Assembly (NCBI GenBank): GCA_973895155.1
Contig: OZ316893.1
Span: 372,001 to 436,000 of the forward strand
DNA from: Marsupella aquatica
Taxonomy: Eukaryota > Plantae > Marchantiophyta
DNA length: 64,000 bases
Direction: 5' to 3'
Shown: positions 12,768 to 25,552 of the stretch, piece after piece
Numbering within the stretch: the first letter of the stretch is position 1
Layout: each line of letters opens with the position of its first letter
Notes under the pieces: generated by a model
Databases searched by the model: none
What the model saw: the letters and a program-made list of their open reading frames with translations, nothing else
What the model was told of the DNA's origin: nothing
Made by a program: the position numbers and the translations under genes

Positions 12768-13692
12768 CGTCTACCGCGATGAGTGTTGTACGAACCGTCG
12801 TACACTACAAATCTCACGATCGAGTACTAAATCTTCGTACCAAATTAACACTTGATGGAGTATTATACCCGATTGATTAGTGCTATCTACCTCCATGTAA
12901 TCTATTAAAGAGACGTTACGATGAAATTGGGTATTACTTATCGTTAAAACAAAGCGACAATCTTAGAACTGTGACAGATATTAATGTAAAATCTGCTAAA
13001 CTGTTTTTGTGAAGATCGCGCTAATTGTAGTTACCGTTAAATATTACCGTTGACCAGACTACTAAAACTCGGCAATACATTGGTAGCGTCGGGCGCTAGT
13101 CAAACTTTACCCACATTGGCCAGTTTAATAGATAGCGCCAGGCGCTACCCATTCCGTGGTCTATTCATGTTTATGTTTTTGGTCCCAGTTTATGTGAAAT
13201 GTTTTGAAAATGAAGAACTTTAGGCGTACGAAGTTTAATTTCGTTCACATTTGGTCCTTAAATATGGTGTACCAATACTAGCGCCCAATGCTAGTACATA
13301 TGTCCCTGAATTGTGCTTCAATTTGGACGATATTGCATTTTTAGATACAAAATAGTAGACTTATTGGTGTCCATTGTAATGCTAGCGCCCGACGCTAGTC
13401 TGGTGTGTGATCAAATTCTAACCTTATAAATGATGGAATTTTTGGTAGCGCCAGGCGCTGCTGAAATCATGTGAATTATCTTGGTCTATATGTGTTCATT
13501 TTGACACAATAAATATCCCTGACACCCGCACTTACCGGGGCAAAAAGGACAAACTCTACATTTATGATTTCAACGGACACAATTCTATGTCGTATTCAAA
13601 CGACTTTTATAACGGTCAGTCGTCTTCACGCACTAGTATAAGCATTCCATTTGGGAGGAATTCGCTTCGTTGATTCCTTGATTTTCTCCACA

Positions 13693-16600
13693 ATGTCTCG
13701 CTCAATTGTAATTACACGTGCTTGTACTGGAGACGTTGTCAAGATCCCCGTGCAAGTTTCTGATGCTTACAAGCAAGTTAGTGAAACCTACCTTTGTGGG
13801 AGATTTGATTTGAGGATAAATGATATTGAGTCCATTGTTCCGCAGGAATCGACGAGTGGAGAACTTCAACGGGCTGCGGCTTTCGATGTAGATGAGGGAG
13901 TACGCTTTTGGCATATGAATATTGGGCTTAGTTACACGCTTAATGTCAGACGTGTTGCTCTGGAACCAGCAGTTGGGAACATTCCTGTTGTTGTTGTTGA
14001 CATATCTGACAGTGAAGATGGTGATGTTGCACCCACTCCTCCATCGCAGTACAAAGTTCCGGTTCCCGCTTTTGTTAAGGATGAGCCGGTGGCTACCTCC
14101 GGAGTTGGTCATAAAGTCTACCGGAGGAGTGCAATGGACGCCTTACTCAAGGCCATGGGACATAGTGAACTGTCAAGATTTATCTCGGCAGGGGACTTCC
14201 GGCATGAGCAAGTTCCTTGTTTGCCAGACAAGTACAACGGAAATGTTGTATTTGAACTGCCTCCCATTGAGGGAACGCTCTCCAAGGGATCTAGACTTCG
14301 TGACATGGACCGTGCTAAAGATTGTTACATTTGGACCCAAATTTTTCCGACAACTGCGAACGTGCATCCAAAGAAACATTGGGAATTTGGTAAGGTTACG
14401 TGTACCGGGTTCATCGAGTGCAGGAACAAGTCTTGTGAGTACTTTCAACGAAAGAAAAGATGCAATGCAAAGGCCTGGCATGGTGCTCCTAAACTCAGTG
14501 GCCAGCACATGGTGGGTTCGTTGATTGAAGAGGGTGGTGTAGTCTGTCACTATTGTGAGCAGATTCCTTTCTGTGTGAAGTCTTGCCCTGCTCGGTTGTT
14601 TTATATGTACCCTCATGTCCTTCTTGATACAGAGACCTGTAGTCACATGTCTCGGGTCGCAATTCATATAGGTGAGCATAACCATCCGAGTAGGAAAGTT
14701 TTCTCGAGGAGCGCTGAGAAGATAGCTGAGGATTTGATAAGAAGAAATCATGAAGCCAATCCTCTAGCAAAGTCGGATGGTATTTTGAATTCCGCAACCG
14801 GTTTGCTCATGAAAGCTCTTTGCGAAAACGTCGACGACATAGTAGATATTGAAGAAATGGAGATTTCGAAGTCTCTCATGGTACTGTCTACCCCCCATAA
14901 ATTTGCATCGCTTTGTCGAAGCGTTGGAATGGACCAGGCTGGTCGCGGTGAGTTAGATTTCCTATCTCGGATGCAAAGGTCAAATAACATTTCTTTCCTC
15001 CAAAGGTACCTCCTGCCGGGTCAGGGTTGTGTAGCAGATAGGCCCCATATATTCAAAATGACAGTCAAGGGTCATGGATCTGGTGTAGATCTTCTCCGGC
15101 AAATGCAACCCGGCGGAAGATTGGAAGGAGCTTGGGTGAGTTTTGATGTGATGAAGCGAGTGACAACCGACTGGTTTACTTTCAGTGCACACGTTTACGA
15201 TCACAACTTCCGAGCTCTTTGTACAATCTTCACATGCAAACTAAAAGCTGAAGACACAGAGTCCTTTGAGAAAGCGTGGAGAATTATGATTGAGGTTTGT
15301 AAGGAAAATGGGTTACCGGACGTTGTCATTCAAGGTTTTATGGCTGACAATGCTCAGGCTGGATGGATTGTTGTTCGCAATGTCTTTTTTGGAGGGCACC
15401 CAGACCCTGAACGTGAATGCTCTGATGCATTTCACTTTTACCAGTCTTTCCATCGACACTCTACAGAAGGAGTTCTTGAGGGTAAGCAACCAGAACATCG
15501 GCAACTATGGGAGAAACTACGGAATGCTCCAATGTTTGTTGCGGCGTACCAAGTTTTGAGGGAGATCGTGTTGTGGTGGCAAGCGGGAAACTATGTCCCA
15601 GGAAAGTTGATGATGTTGCAGAGTTGGATATCTTGGTGGGTTGTTCGATGGCGTCAGTGGGGGAATTTCATTTGTGTGGTAAGTTTTCCTGATGCTTTTA
15701 TTAGTCAATCCTCAGTGTGTTTATACTAGTGCCAAGCGCTGCTTTAATTTTCACTCAGTAAACCTTCAAACATTACAGAAAACAAAACTTGTACCGATAA
15801 ACCTTCTTTTATTATCTCCTACTCATTGCTAGCGCTTGGCACTACTTATACAAAAGAAGTAAATTTTGTTTTGACGGTTTTATTGCAGAGCAAAAGTGCA
15901 GAAGAAGGTGCGCTCATTCCAAACTGTATCGGGTCAGAGTCAAGGCACGCCTCCATGAAAGCATGGGCTACCAAAAAAATGATGGGTCTTTTTGAAGCAT
16001 GCAAAGTTGATCAAAATCGAGCTTTGTCACAAGTTGCGGGTTACAGCGCATATCGGAAGGGACTCAATAGAGGGAAGGGGCCAACTATCTGGGAATGAGC
16101 ATTCCGATCCGCAGACCAATCTGGTTCACCCAGGTTATTTGAAGAAGCAACCAACATGATTCTTTCCAACGCTGCTGATTTGGATCTGGATATGAGCTCT
16201 CCTCTGAATGGAGATATTGTCACAAAGTCGGTTAAGAGGAAGGGACTCGCAATTGGGATTGTCTCGCCACAAGACTCCCATCGGCATGACACCATTCTCA
16301 TCACTACACCAAATACTCAAGGGTTCAAACGAAAGAATCTCAACAACACTGCCTTCACGTCCTTTTCCGCAAATGTAATAGATCCCATAGTCGACCTTGG
16401 CGGGAGCGACACTTCAACGAATGGAAGTGATTCCCTCGCGAACACCCCTGGAGCCAGAGGAACAGCAACACCATCGCAACCCCCACTCGGTGCTCCGGCT
16501 GTTCTTCAACGTTTGCCGACACAGTCATCTCCTTTGGAAATGGACATTCCTAGAGGGACCTGGCATTTGCGGCGGACGGACAAATATGGGGCAGGGCCTC

Positions 16601-17019
16601 AGTGCAATGGGACTTTGCATGGAAATTCTGAGAGGGATGAGTGTCGAAATTGTGTCAAAAAAGTTGGGTTCTATTCGGCAGTAGGTGTTGTCGGCATCGT
16701 TGTCAATGGACATCGAGTTTTCAAAGGCACACCCATTGCAGAAATGATATGGTTTTGCAAAAACAAAACATGCTACAAGAGCCGCCCGCATCATGGTGTT
16801 GAACGCCTTCCTCCTATGCCGGATATCTTGCCTATTGTGAAAGGGACCAACCTGTCACCTGACGAGGTAGAGTTCCTTCAAGCACAGGTAGTCTTGATGG
16901 TCCAAACGAGGTGTTTACAAAAGGCAGTAAACAGCAAACAGAAAACTATAACAGGAACTGGTAACAGCAAAATTTCCTGTTTTGGGAGCACATTTCTCCT
17001 GGTATTGTGGCAAAATTAA
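13693..17019 (+). pseudogene. MULE-type DDE transposase with N-terminal GCM/WRKY-like Cys/His domain (at least 2 exons)
   Basis: ATG 13693; Cys/His cluster CTGFIECRNKSC..CHYC..SCPA..HIGEHNHP; SFDVMKR (D), FMADNAQ (D), DAFHF, GSESRHASMK (E); phase-0 intron 15679-15888; in-frame TGA at 16096; 3' end uncertain. Confidence 0.75.
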
Positions 17020-17508
17020 AAAATCCGTTCCTAAAATACTGATAATTATGCGATGCCGAATACTAGCGCCGGGAGTCTATAACAACTATGATGTGATCGG
17101 GATGTATAGAGAAGCTCTTCGTATAGATTCATGTTATTTGATGAAGAGAATGCCTTTGATGTACCCTGAGAGACAACTGAGGTGCCTACCATACTCCAGA
17201 GGATCCCCACGCCAAGCTAAGCTGATAGAGGTTACTCAGAACCGAATTGTTACCCTTGTGGAGTTACTAGAACCAGAGGACATCCGACAGCAAGCTTGAA
17301 GAAGTCTCTAAGTGTTTTTAGTTAGTTTTAAGAGTAGTGCATCTTATCTGATTTTTAGAAATGTGTTCTAGAGCTTTAAAAGCTGTCATACTTATTTAGC
17401 ATGTAGTCTGTACTTAGGAAAACCTTCTGGCAAAATTTGAGGCTTTTCTGAGCTACGAGTAGGAAGTTAAAAATAGTTGAAATTGCCAAGTCATTACTTT
17501 TGTCGCAA

Positions 17509-17612
17509 TTACGAGTTACGACTTAGCTTTTACTAGTTTAAGAGTTACTAGTTTCCGATTACGAGTTCCGATAGACAGCCGATTACGAGTTAATAGTTAC
17601 TAGTTACGAGTT
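17509..17612 (+). repeat. Array of short TTACGAG/TTACTAG motifs, possibly subterminal repeats
   Basis: About 8 imperfect heptamer copies in ~100 bp. Confidence 0.7.
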
Positions 17613-18440
17613 CATACTTAGCCATTTTTCCGGCTTTTCACTTACTGAATCGCCATTTTAAAATTTTGAGGGGTATGAAGAGGCATGTCTCTTCGACCCT
17701 GTGACCTCTCACTCAGTAGATTTTTACTATAAGACCCCTCTACCACTAGTGTAGATGATGGTAAAGTTTAGCAATTTCTGCCTTTCCTTGGTGTTCTGCC
17801 AGTTGATCATGAATGTTAAGAGTTCGAGATCAAGCTTGACACCAGGAGAAGACTTTCCTCCTTCTTGTGGTTTAATCATTTGAATAAATCATGGGAAGTA
17901 AAATCCCTTTTGTGTAAATCTTATGAGATATGATGACAGATTCCTCTTTGGTGACTCATTACAATCTCCTGAGTTCTTGAAGTTAACTCATTGAGTTTAA
18001 GTCTTATTTGAAATTGATGGATTTTCTTTCATGTTGCTTAGTACCATCTAAATGTTGAAGTAGCTACCTTTTAGATTTTATCTGAGTACCACTTAGAAAG
18101 AAAGGATAAGACATGTTGACGGCATTTTAAAAGAGTACTCTAGTAAGCAATTTAGATCTGAAAAGCAATATGGATTTGTATCATTAAGTCTTTTCATTTT
18201 GACTTATGTCTAAGGAGTAACCTTGGTCTATTCCAGACTCCCTTAGCATACTTTGAGATATTTTTCCTTGTGTTTTGTTAATCATTCCCTTTTCATTAAT
18301 TTATGGTTACATGATGCTGAGTTGTCATTAAAAAACACTCACCGCTGGGGAGCGATCTTCAAAATACCTTAGTAAAGTAATCAATCCTGATTACTATGTG
18401 TTAAAGAGAGTTCTTCAACTCTCATTTGTGTTTTTATGTA

Positions 18441-19915
18441 TCAAATCAACCCATCTTGTTCTTTACGGGAACGAATACCGAGTTTGAAGACCTTTAAGTG
18501 TGTTTTTGGTTCTTCATAGCAAACTACACTTCCATTGCTGGATTCCACCAAGAGTCCAGGAAAAAAACATGATTGGCGTATTCGATGTTTAGCCCAACGC
18601 CGCCTGAAAGCAAGGACATCAGAATGACACTCACCTGCACGGCAAAGAAACATGTAAGAAACAGGCCGGTCAATTGAGTTGGTTTGATAGTTCATTTGAA
18701 CGACCCTAAACCTTGAAGTACGGTGGTGTAGTTGCCCTACGTACACACCTCCGGGCACGTCCTGAACTCCTCCATCAGCACGGCACGCCCCAGTGGCCCC
18801 AAGGACCAATGAAACCTCCTGTACTGGATGCCAGCTTTCTCCAGGCAGTCCACTGCAATCTTGAATTTGTTTTATTGTCTGGTCGAAAGAAGGCCCACGC
18901 ACGGGCCCTCGGCACTGACATGGAACATGGTAGTTTCATTCAGCACCAACTTGCATTCCGTGAGCACATGTCCGACCTCCGCGAGCACATGTCCGACCAT
19001 GTTCTTTGTTGCTGCTCCAATTTGAAAGCAAACACTCCACTACAATCTTGAATTTGTTTTATTTGATCGTAGACAACTTGCATGCAGTCTGGCATCTTGC
19101 TGCCCATTGACGACGAATTGGCCGCCTGATCGTAGTGAATGGTTTGCGTGGTATGCCCAGATCTTTCCCCACACAAACGTCCGTCTGAATGCTCCTTGTC
19201 ATCGGACGACCCGGTCTCCACATGCTTGCACACATCTCCCTCCGTGACGCTCTGGCCCCGCATCTCTGCTTCACTAGCACTCTGCCTACTGCGCGTCTCA
19301 CTTTCGTCTGCACTCCTGGGTTTTTGAACTAGATCCCTCATGGACTACCCACTGTGAAGGAGCAATCGCGTTACAGCCGTGCCACAGTAACAGGGATAAC
19401 GTTTCGTTCTCGGAAGCTTATCATCTGACAAATGCTTCCTCAACGCCACTATCTCACCCTTCAAGCAGTCCCACACAAAATGAGCCCAGTCTAGCTTGAA
19501 AGTTGGACATTCAACATCCTGGGCCCGAACCTCTTCCGGGATTGTACTCCACCAGGAAGCCCAATATACCCACATGTCCTTCCCGGTTACCTGGGTGGGC
19601 TTTGTTTTCCCAAAAGTAGCTTGTTTACAACCTTCACAGGCTCCTGCCAACTCCCGAACACATCCGATAGGGTATCCAAACTCCAAGGGTTTGTGTGGTT
19701 CCGAGGCACAATGCTCGAACGCCCATGAATTTTGAAAATGTCCAAATTGCCCGTTGGGCAAATGGAATGCAGCTCGCACTGTTTCTTTGTCAAATTTCAG
19801 CAACGCACCCCGGAACATGCAGCTGTCGGTGTCTGGGTCAAATGCTTGGACAAATTCTGTAACTCCAACAATCGCCACCCGCGGCCATTCCAACTGAAAT
19901 GCCTCGATCCAGTAC
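18441..19915 (-). pseudogene. 5'-truncated, decayed homolog of the LTR-ORF core domain
   Basis: IEAFQLEWP..EFVQAFDPDTDSCMFRGALLKFDKETVRAAFHLP resembles LEAFVRLPW..EFVGSWEPETNCTRIYGKDFYLTPKVIAEVFGLP; stop at 19345; internal duplication (DQ.IKQIQDCSG twice). Confidence 0.65.
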
Positions 19916-19925
19916 CAGGAGAGGT

Positions 19926-22116
19926 TTATACGAAGTAGGCACTCTGTTCGGAATCAAAGGGACAGTGGGGGCACTCCCAACCACAGCAGCCGTGACTCAC
20001 TACAGTCAGGAAGAAGCGATGAAGTTCTTGGGCTCCGACACAGATTTCGTAGCAGGGATTCGGACGGGGAAGGTCCATTACGGAACAATAAATGTCCAAT
20101 AATGAAGAGGTGCTGAAGTATGTCGAGTTCTTTACAAAGGGGGTGATGCTTGAGAGTGTCTATGACCATAGCACCGTGGAGCAAATCACATTAGCGGCCA
20201 AGGTGCTGAAGGGAGAGCTGCATCCGCTGCAAGTATGGAAGGCAGGAGTCCTTCAGAAGACTAATGTGACGGTCATTCCTGCATACCCTGCATACCTTGC
20301 ATACCCTTGGTTGGTAGCGTATGGGCTCGCTTGGGTAACGAAGCAAATGATTGGGCTGAAGAGAGGTGTGGTATTGGATGCATTCCACGGCATCATCCCT
20401 TATATGCATTTTAGCCTGGCAAGGGGTCAGCAGCAAGTAGCCGCTGGAGATATGGTGCAAGCCAGCAGTGGTAGCCATGTCGAAGTGGCCCAAGCCCAGG
20501 ACGAGTGCACGGTGGGTGCCCCCGGAGAGAGCAGTGTTGTCCAAGGAAATGGGTCCGACGGAGAAGAGACCAAAGAGGTTCATGGAGGGCAAATGGGAAG
20601 ATTTCCCCGACAGAAGAAAACCGCACGATGCATATGGCTGACGGCGAGAACAGCCCGGTTAGGGGAAGAAGCGGCAGTAGCAGGTGAAAGATTGAGTGTT
20701 TTATAGAAGCAGAAGGAAGAGATTCGAATGGAGAAGGAAGCGCTCCAACAACAGTTGGGTAAGCAACAGCAGGAGAACCTTAGGAGGGAAGAGGAGGAAG
20801 AGATGGATAGAAAGCGAGAGGAAGTCATGTTGCGCATTCTGGAGGAACAGTTGCGGGCAAAAATGAATCACTCCTCCCGAAGCTGGGAGTCGGGCGAGGA
20901 GTTCAGGTTAGATTTCGTAAAGAACGGGGAAGACGGAATGGTGAAAAGTATAACAGACACTGAGGTGGCCAGGGACGTGAATAATTTATGAACCCAAGTA
21001 GAGAAGGCGGTTCGGACGATGGAGCACCTAGCAAACAAGAACCAACAACTCCGAGAAGTAGGCGATGCCAATCTAGAACAGCAGCTACATGAGGTACGTA
21101 ACTTTTCCATTCGGAAATGGGAATGCCGCAACGGGTTCTCGGACTATGAGGACTTCTACTTCCGACTGGGAGGGAGAGCCAATGGCCGAGTGATGGGTAT
21201 CCTTCTCTCCAAATTGGACCGAGAGTTTGACAATGCCGATGGGATCTGGACCCTTCCGGAGATCACGGACCCAAACCCGGAACTTGTACCACGCAAAAGA
21301 CAGCGGGCTCACAGTTTATCGTTAATGGAAGCCATCTTCCCGATCATTCCGGCTATCATGAGAAAATGGGCCGCGAGGGAAGTAAGAGTTAGCAAAGGCG
21401 CATACACCTTACCACGTCTCGCCACATTTTTATATTTTAGCCGAGTGGAGGGAGCCTTTTCGGCCTTTACATTCGGAATCAGTTCGCATGTCGGATGAGT
21501 TTTGTAGGTCTTACCGTCCTGCCTCAGGTGGCTCATGAGGCAATGTCCCATTTTCATAGTATGAAGAAGGAGCCTCTTGTTTTAGCTAGTGAGCTGGACA
21601 ACCTACAGCGGTTAGACGGGTTCCCATTTCCCGCGGCGGACTTGGAGCACCATTCTCCGTCCCAGACGAGTTGGTGGGAAGATCTGATGCCCACGGAAGA
21701 TCTGATGAGGTGGATGGAAAGATCTGTTCAGTCTAGAGAAGTAGGAGCGTATTTCGGCCCATACGTGGGGTGGGCACCAAGAGAACCGCCAGCAGGGTTT
21801 TTAAGAGAGGAAGCAGGACCAGGTCGCCACGGAGTATGGGGGGGTGTACATCGAGGGGACCACACGACAGATCTACTACTCGATCTGGCACCATCACCCT
21901 GCCATAGGAATTAGTATGCCGGGAGCAGAAATGGTAGGCGATGAAGCGCATCACGTACCAATGATGAAGTGGGTGAGCGATATTCACAAAAGGAAGATCA
22001 ATCGACCAGTGCTACTGGATCCCCGGATCTTTAAATGGTATTGCCTAGCACGGAGTCTGAAACAATTGTTGATAGGAAATAGTAGAGCTGCAGAGGTCAA
22101 GATTGGGCGAGATTGA
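19926..22116 (+). pseudogene. 5'-truncated, decayed paralog of the 35293-37335 gene (globular domain plus coiled coil)
   Basis: KYVEFFTKGVM..ITLAAKVLKGELHPLQVWKA vs KYIEFFTKWVM..ITIAARVLQGELHPLQVWKA; NQQLR..NL....VR shared; several stops and frameshifts. Confidence 0.8.
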
Positions 22117-25100
22117 ACCATGGGATGTGGCGGCCGAGTTATTTGGGCCATATTTGCCCAAGCATGTATAATTTATGTATTGCTTCTCAGTTCTTCAGAG
22201 GGGAAGATCTGATACTCAAAACGGGAGCCATTGATGGAGTGAGCATATCATAGTCCAAGATCCGGAAGCCGAATTCCTCAAGGAGATTTTGAAAGTACAT
22301 TCGCCGAACACGAGTTGGAGGTCGTGTATCTTTCTGATGTCATTGCAGGAGAGACTCCCAGAATGAGAGAAATCCGGAGGTGTCAACATAGAAGAATGGA
22401 GCTGGCCTACAGGCGACAGGAGGCCTCTGAATATGTCAAATGACTGGGCCTTGCATGTGTACTAGGGTATGACGAGGAGTGAGTAAACTCGATAGAAACT
22501 TCAGGGCCTGATGCAGCGCAACCCTTGGAATTTGTGTAATTGTGTGTCAGAATGTCTACATACAATCATGTCATGTCATGTCACGCAATGCTTATGCACA
22601 TCCCCAAATATATGGTTTCCCCCGTATGTTTGACCCGCGCAGTCTTGGATTAAGGCCTCAACAATAGCGTGGGATGGACGACCACGAGTCGATGTTGACT
22701 ATTGCATTAAATGAGTGCGATATAGCATGGAAAGAAGCGCGGACGCACAGTAGGATTAGCAGTGAGTGGCAACCGTAATGAGAGAGCAATAATGAAAAAG
22801 CAATAGCCATTTTTCCCGGAAGCTCCCCCAAACCGAGCTATGCAGCGAAAAATCATTGCTATTGTTTACTGAAACTTGATTCCCTCATATTATAAGGATG
22901 CCAGCAGATCCCCATCAACCTAAGCGACAATCGTGTCATTCATGTCCAACCAACATTTGGATTTGTGCTCTTTAGCATGAAATTAGGATGTCGGCTTGAA
23001 ATCAGTTCACACATGGCAGGCCTATCCTACTTTACAGGGGAGTTGGCTCCAATTTGAGGGGATGTCCAGAGATTTGAAAATGCTTCGGAAATCATTCATT
23101 TCACACGCATCGGGGCACAAAAATGAACACCACCTTCGGCCAAGCTTTCTACATTTTAAAAACAACATGCGGGAACCCGATTGCATGCATTAATTCCTTC
23201 GTGTCTTCCAGAGACTCGGACTTTAATTTATGGGCAACTTTGCCCAACAAACATCCGCAGCCACCCCTGATGCAGAGCGTCAGAGGCTAATCAATTTGTC
23301 CCCTCCCTTGCCGGGCCAGACCCAACACATGCTGTCTGTACAGAACTACACCAAAGATCCGCAGGCTTTGCGAGCCCCTCCCACTATGTAACATCTCACC
23401 GTCGACAGATCCATTGTGGCAAAAAAAATCTCGCATAGCAGGGGCGTACATGGAGATGTCAGGTTATTTAGGAAGAACATTTTCATACAACAGATGATCG
23501 AAACTTGAGATATATGGAAATCTCGGGAAGTTGGACGCAATGGAGAGAAATTGGATTCAGAGAAAGTATGAGTAGAAGATGGGCCCGTTGTTCTGGAGTA
23601 ACCAATTGATGCTACTAAAGCTCAACAATCAGCAGCACTTTTAACCGAGCACTTGAGGAAAAGGTTACTTTGAGGCAGTTGAAATTCCACTGGGCACGGA
23701 CTACCTCACAAAGAGACGAAGAGGTTGTCGACTCGCAATAGGTTAAGGAGCACTGGATGCAAATTAAGTACATGTAGAGCAGCCCACAAGGTTGCCGACT
23801 ATGCACTTCCCGAAGATGCACTCGCCAAATTTACCTTGCCCACCGGTGGTGTCCGTGAAATAACCTGCAATACATCTTCGACTGTGAATGATCCAGTACA
23901 TTGAATTGACACACGGTTGCTCATTTCATATCGGTTGCATGTTATTCTACAAAGTCATGCAACCTGCAATACAGGAAAATTACAGACGAAAGCAACTCCT
24001 GGCCATAGCTGATCTCGGGCGCTGAAAAAATAAAAACATGTGCTGGCCGCAAGCATGCTTAGCTCCTGTGTGACTTCACCGTCTTCACTAATTATAAACA
24101 TACAAAGAGGTTTTCACCCAATGAAATACGCCAATATGTGGGATGGGCAGGCGTACGGAACCGACATCCTGACAGAAGCCTTGTTTAGGGTAGTCCCACT
24201 CTCTCTGCACCCCGGACTTGAAGACGTCAAATATTTCCGACACCTCGACGAAAGTGTGATTACAAACTGATATCTGACATTGCCGCCTAAATCCTGTGCT
24301 CATCGCAGCAGCGAGGGAAGACCTCCACTATATTGAGTTGGACTTCTCCGTGTCCACGAAATAGAGCAATGCCTTTGCCCTAAGAGCTTATCCCAATCCC
24401 TCCTTCATTCTGCATAGATCACAGGCCAGAAACCCTCCCGAGTTGTGACCCTGCTACGAGCAGAGTTTGCAGAACCAGATGTGATAACCAAGTCGCCTGA
24501 GTTGCAGCTAATTGCCGACTTCAATCAGACTCGATCGGTCTTGTTTGAAGACTTTTGTCAAGGTTGGAACTTTTGTAGACTTTCCAAGGAACGAAAGCAA
24601 ACAAACCAAAGTAGTGCCGTTTGCAAACTTGTGGCAACCGTCACATTCCCAGTCAATGGAGAGTGCAAGTAATAATCTTAGTACAGTCAATCATGTCACT
24701 GCCGTATCCAATACACAGAACTTAACCAAGCAAGAACATGCTAGGTAATTGCTTGCATCGTTTAATAGGAAATTATTTGCTTTGCATCATTTGATAGGGA
24801 AATTAAATTTGCACCAAAATTTACAAACATCTTTACAAAATTGGGAGTAACATCCTCCTTACACTCTACCAAAAACCGTTACATGTGTCCCATGACAAAG
24901 TGCTCTTGTCACTACAGCTGCGAAGGAATACCGTATGCCCAAAAATAACTCGTCAGTCACAAAATCTTATGTGATGTACGAGCCACCACACTCGCTGGGG
25001 GTCGCGGGTTCCGCATGACTGTTTCTCAGTAATGACAATTGATCACGTGCAGTGTGAAGCATTTGTAGGAGTAGCTTTTCCGAAGGCAAGGCAAGGAATA

Positions 25101-25552
25101 CTTCGAACCCAGGTGCAATGTCCACATGAAGCAGTCAATGCCCACCTCAGTGTGTCATCTCAATGCCTTTCAACGCGAGGGCATGCTGCACGACACTCGC
25201 GAGCAGTGCCATTACCTGTCATCACAATGTTGTTGGTAGAAGCAGATGTTGTACTTGCTACATGAGGTGTTCGTCATGCCTCCCCTACAAGTAGTTGAGA
25301 ATCGACGGTAGGGCAGACAGACCTAACATCAACGGTACCTCAGACAGACAGATAGCAGTGGGGGCCGGGGAGAAAGTGGAGTGGAGGTGTCGAACTGGAT
25401 GACCGTTGAGGCCGGCCTCGTTATAAGTCATCTTATTACGAGTTGATTTCCAACACCCCCTCTCGACTATGTGAGTGAAGCAAACAGTCTACTTTGATTC
25501 GGCTTTCAAGGCAAACACAACATCAAATTTTTCCAAAGGTTTGAGGTGGGAG

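Larger units (their letters stand above)
8429..17078. repeat. Dispersed 15-bp imperfect palindrome TAGCGCCnGRCGCTA, ~14 copies
   Basis: Copies start at 8429, 8501, 8588, 10457, 10561, 11972, 13084, 13133, 13279, 13383, 13446, 15727, 15830 and 17064 (last one degenerate). Confidence 0.9.
8400..17700. mobile_element. Two-gene Mutator-like (MULE) DNA transposon; boundaries approximate, no TIR/TSD identified
   Basis: Divergent transposase and ParB/MTase-like genes tied together by a dispersed palindrome seen only in this interval; short-motif array near 17.5 kb. Confidence 0.65.

Noticed and set aside
8429-17078. Palindromic repeats as a CRISPR array
   Set aside because: Only 15 bp, irregular spacing from ~50 bp to over 2 kb, located in introns, no cas genes, eukaryotic context
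17670-17720. Helitron 3' end
   Set aside because: Hairpin present but no properly spaced CTRR and no Rep/helicase
22560-25400. Short ORFs and possible exons, including a PHD-like Cys pattern near 25050-25200
   Set aside because: No coherent gene model or convincing motif
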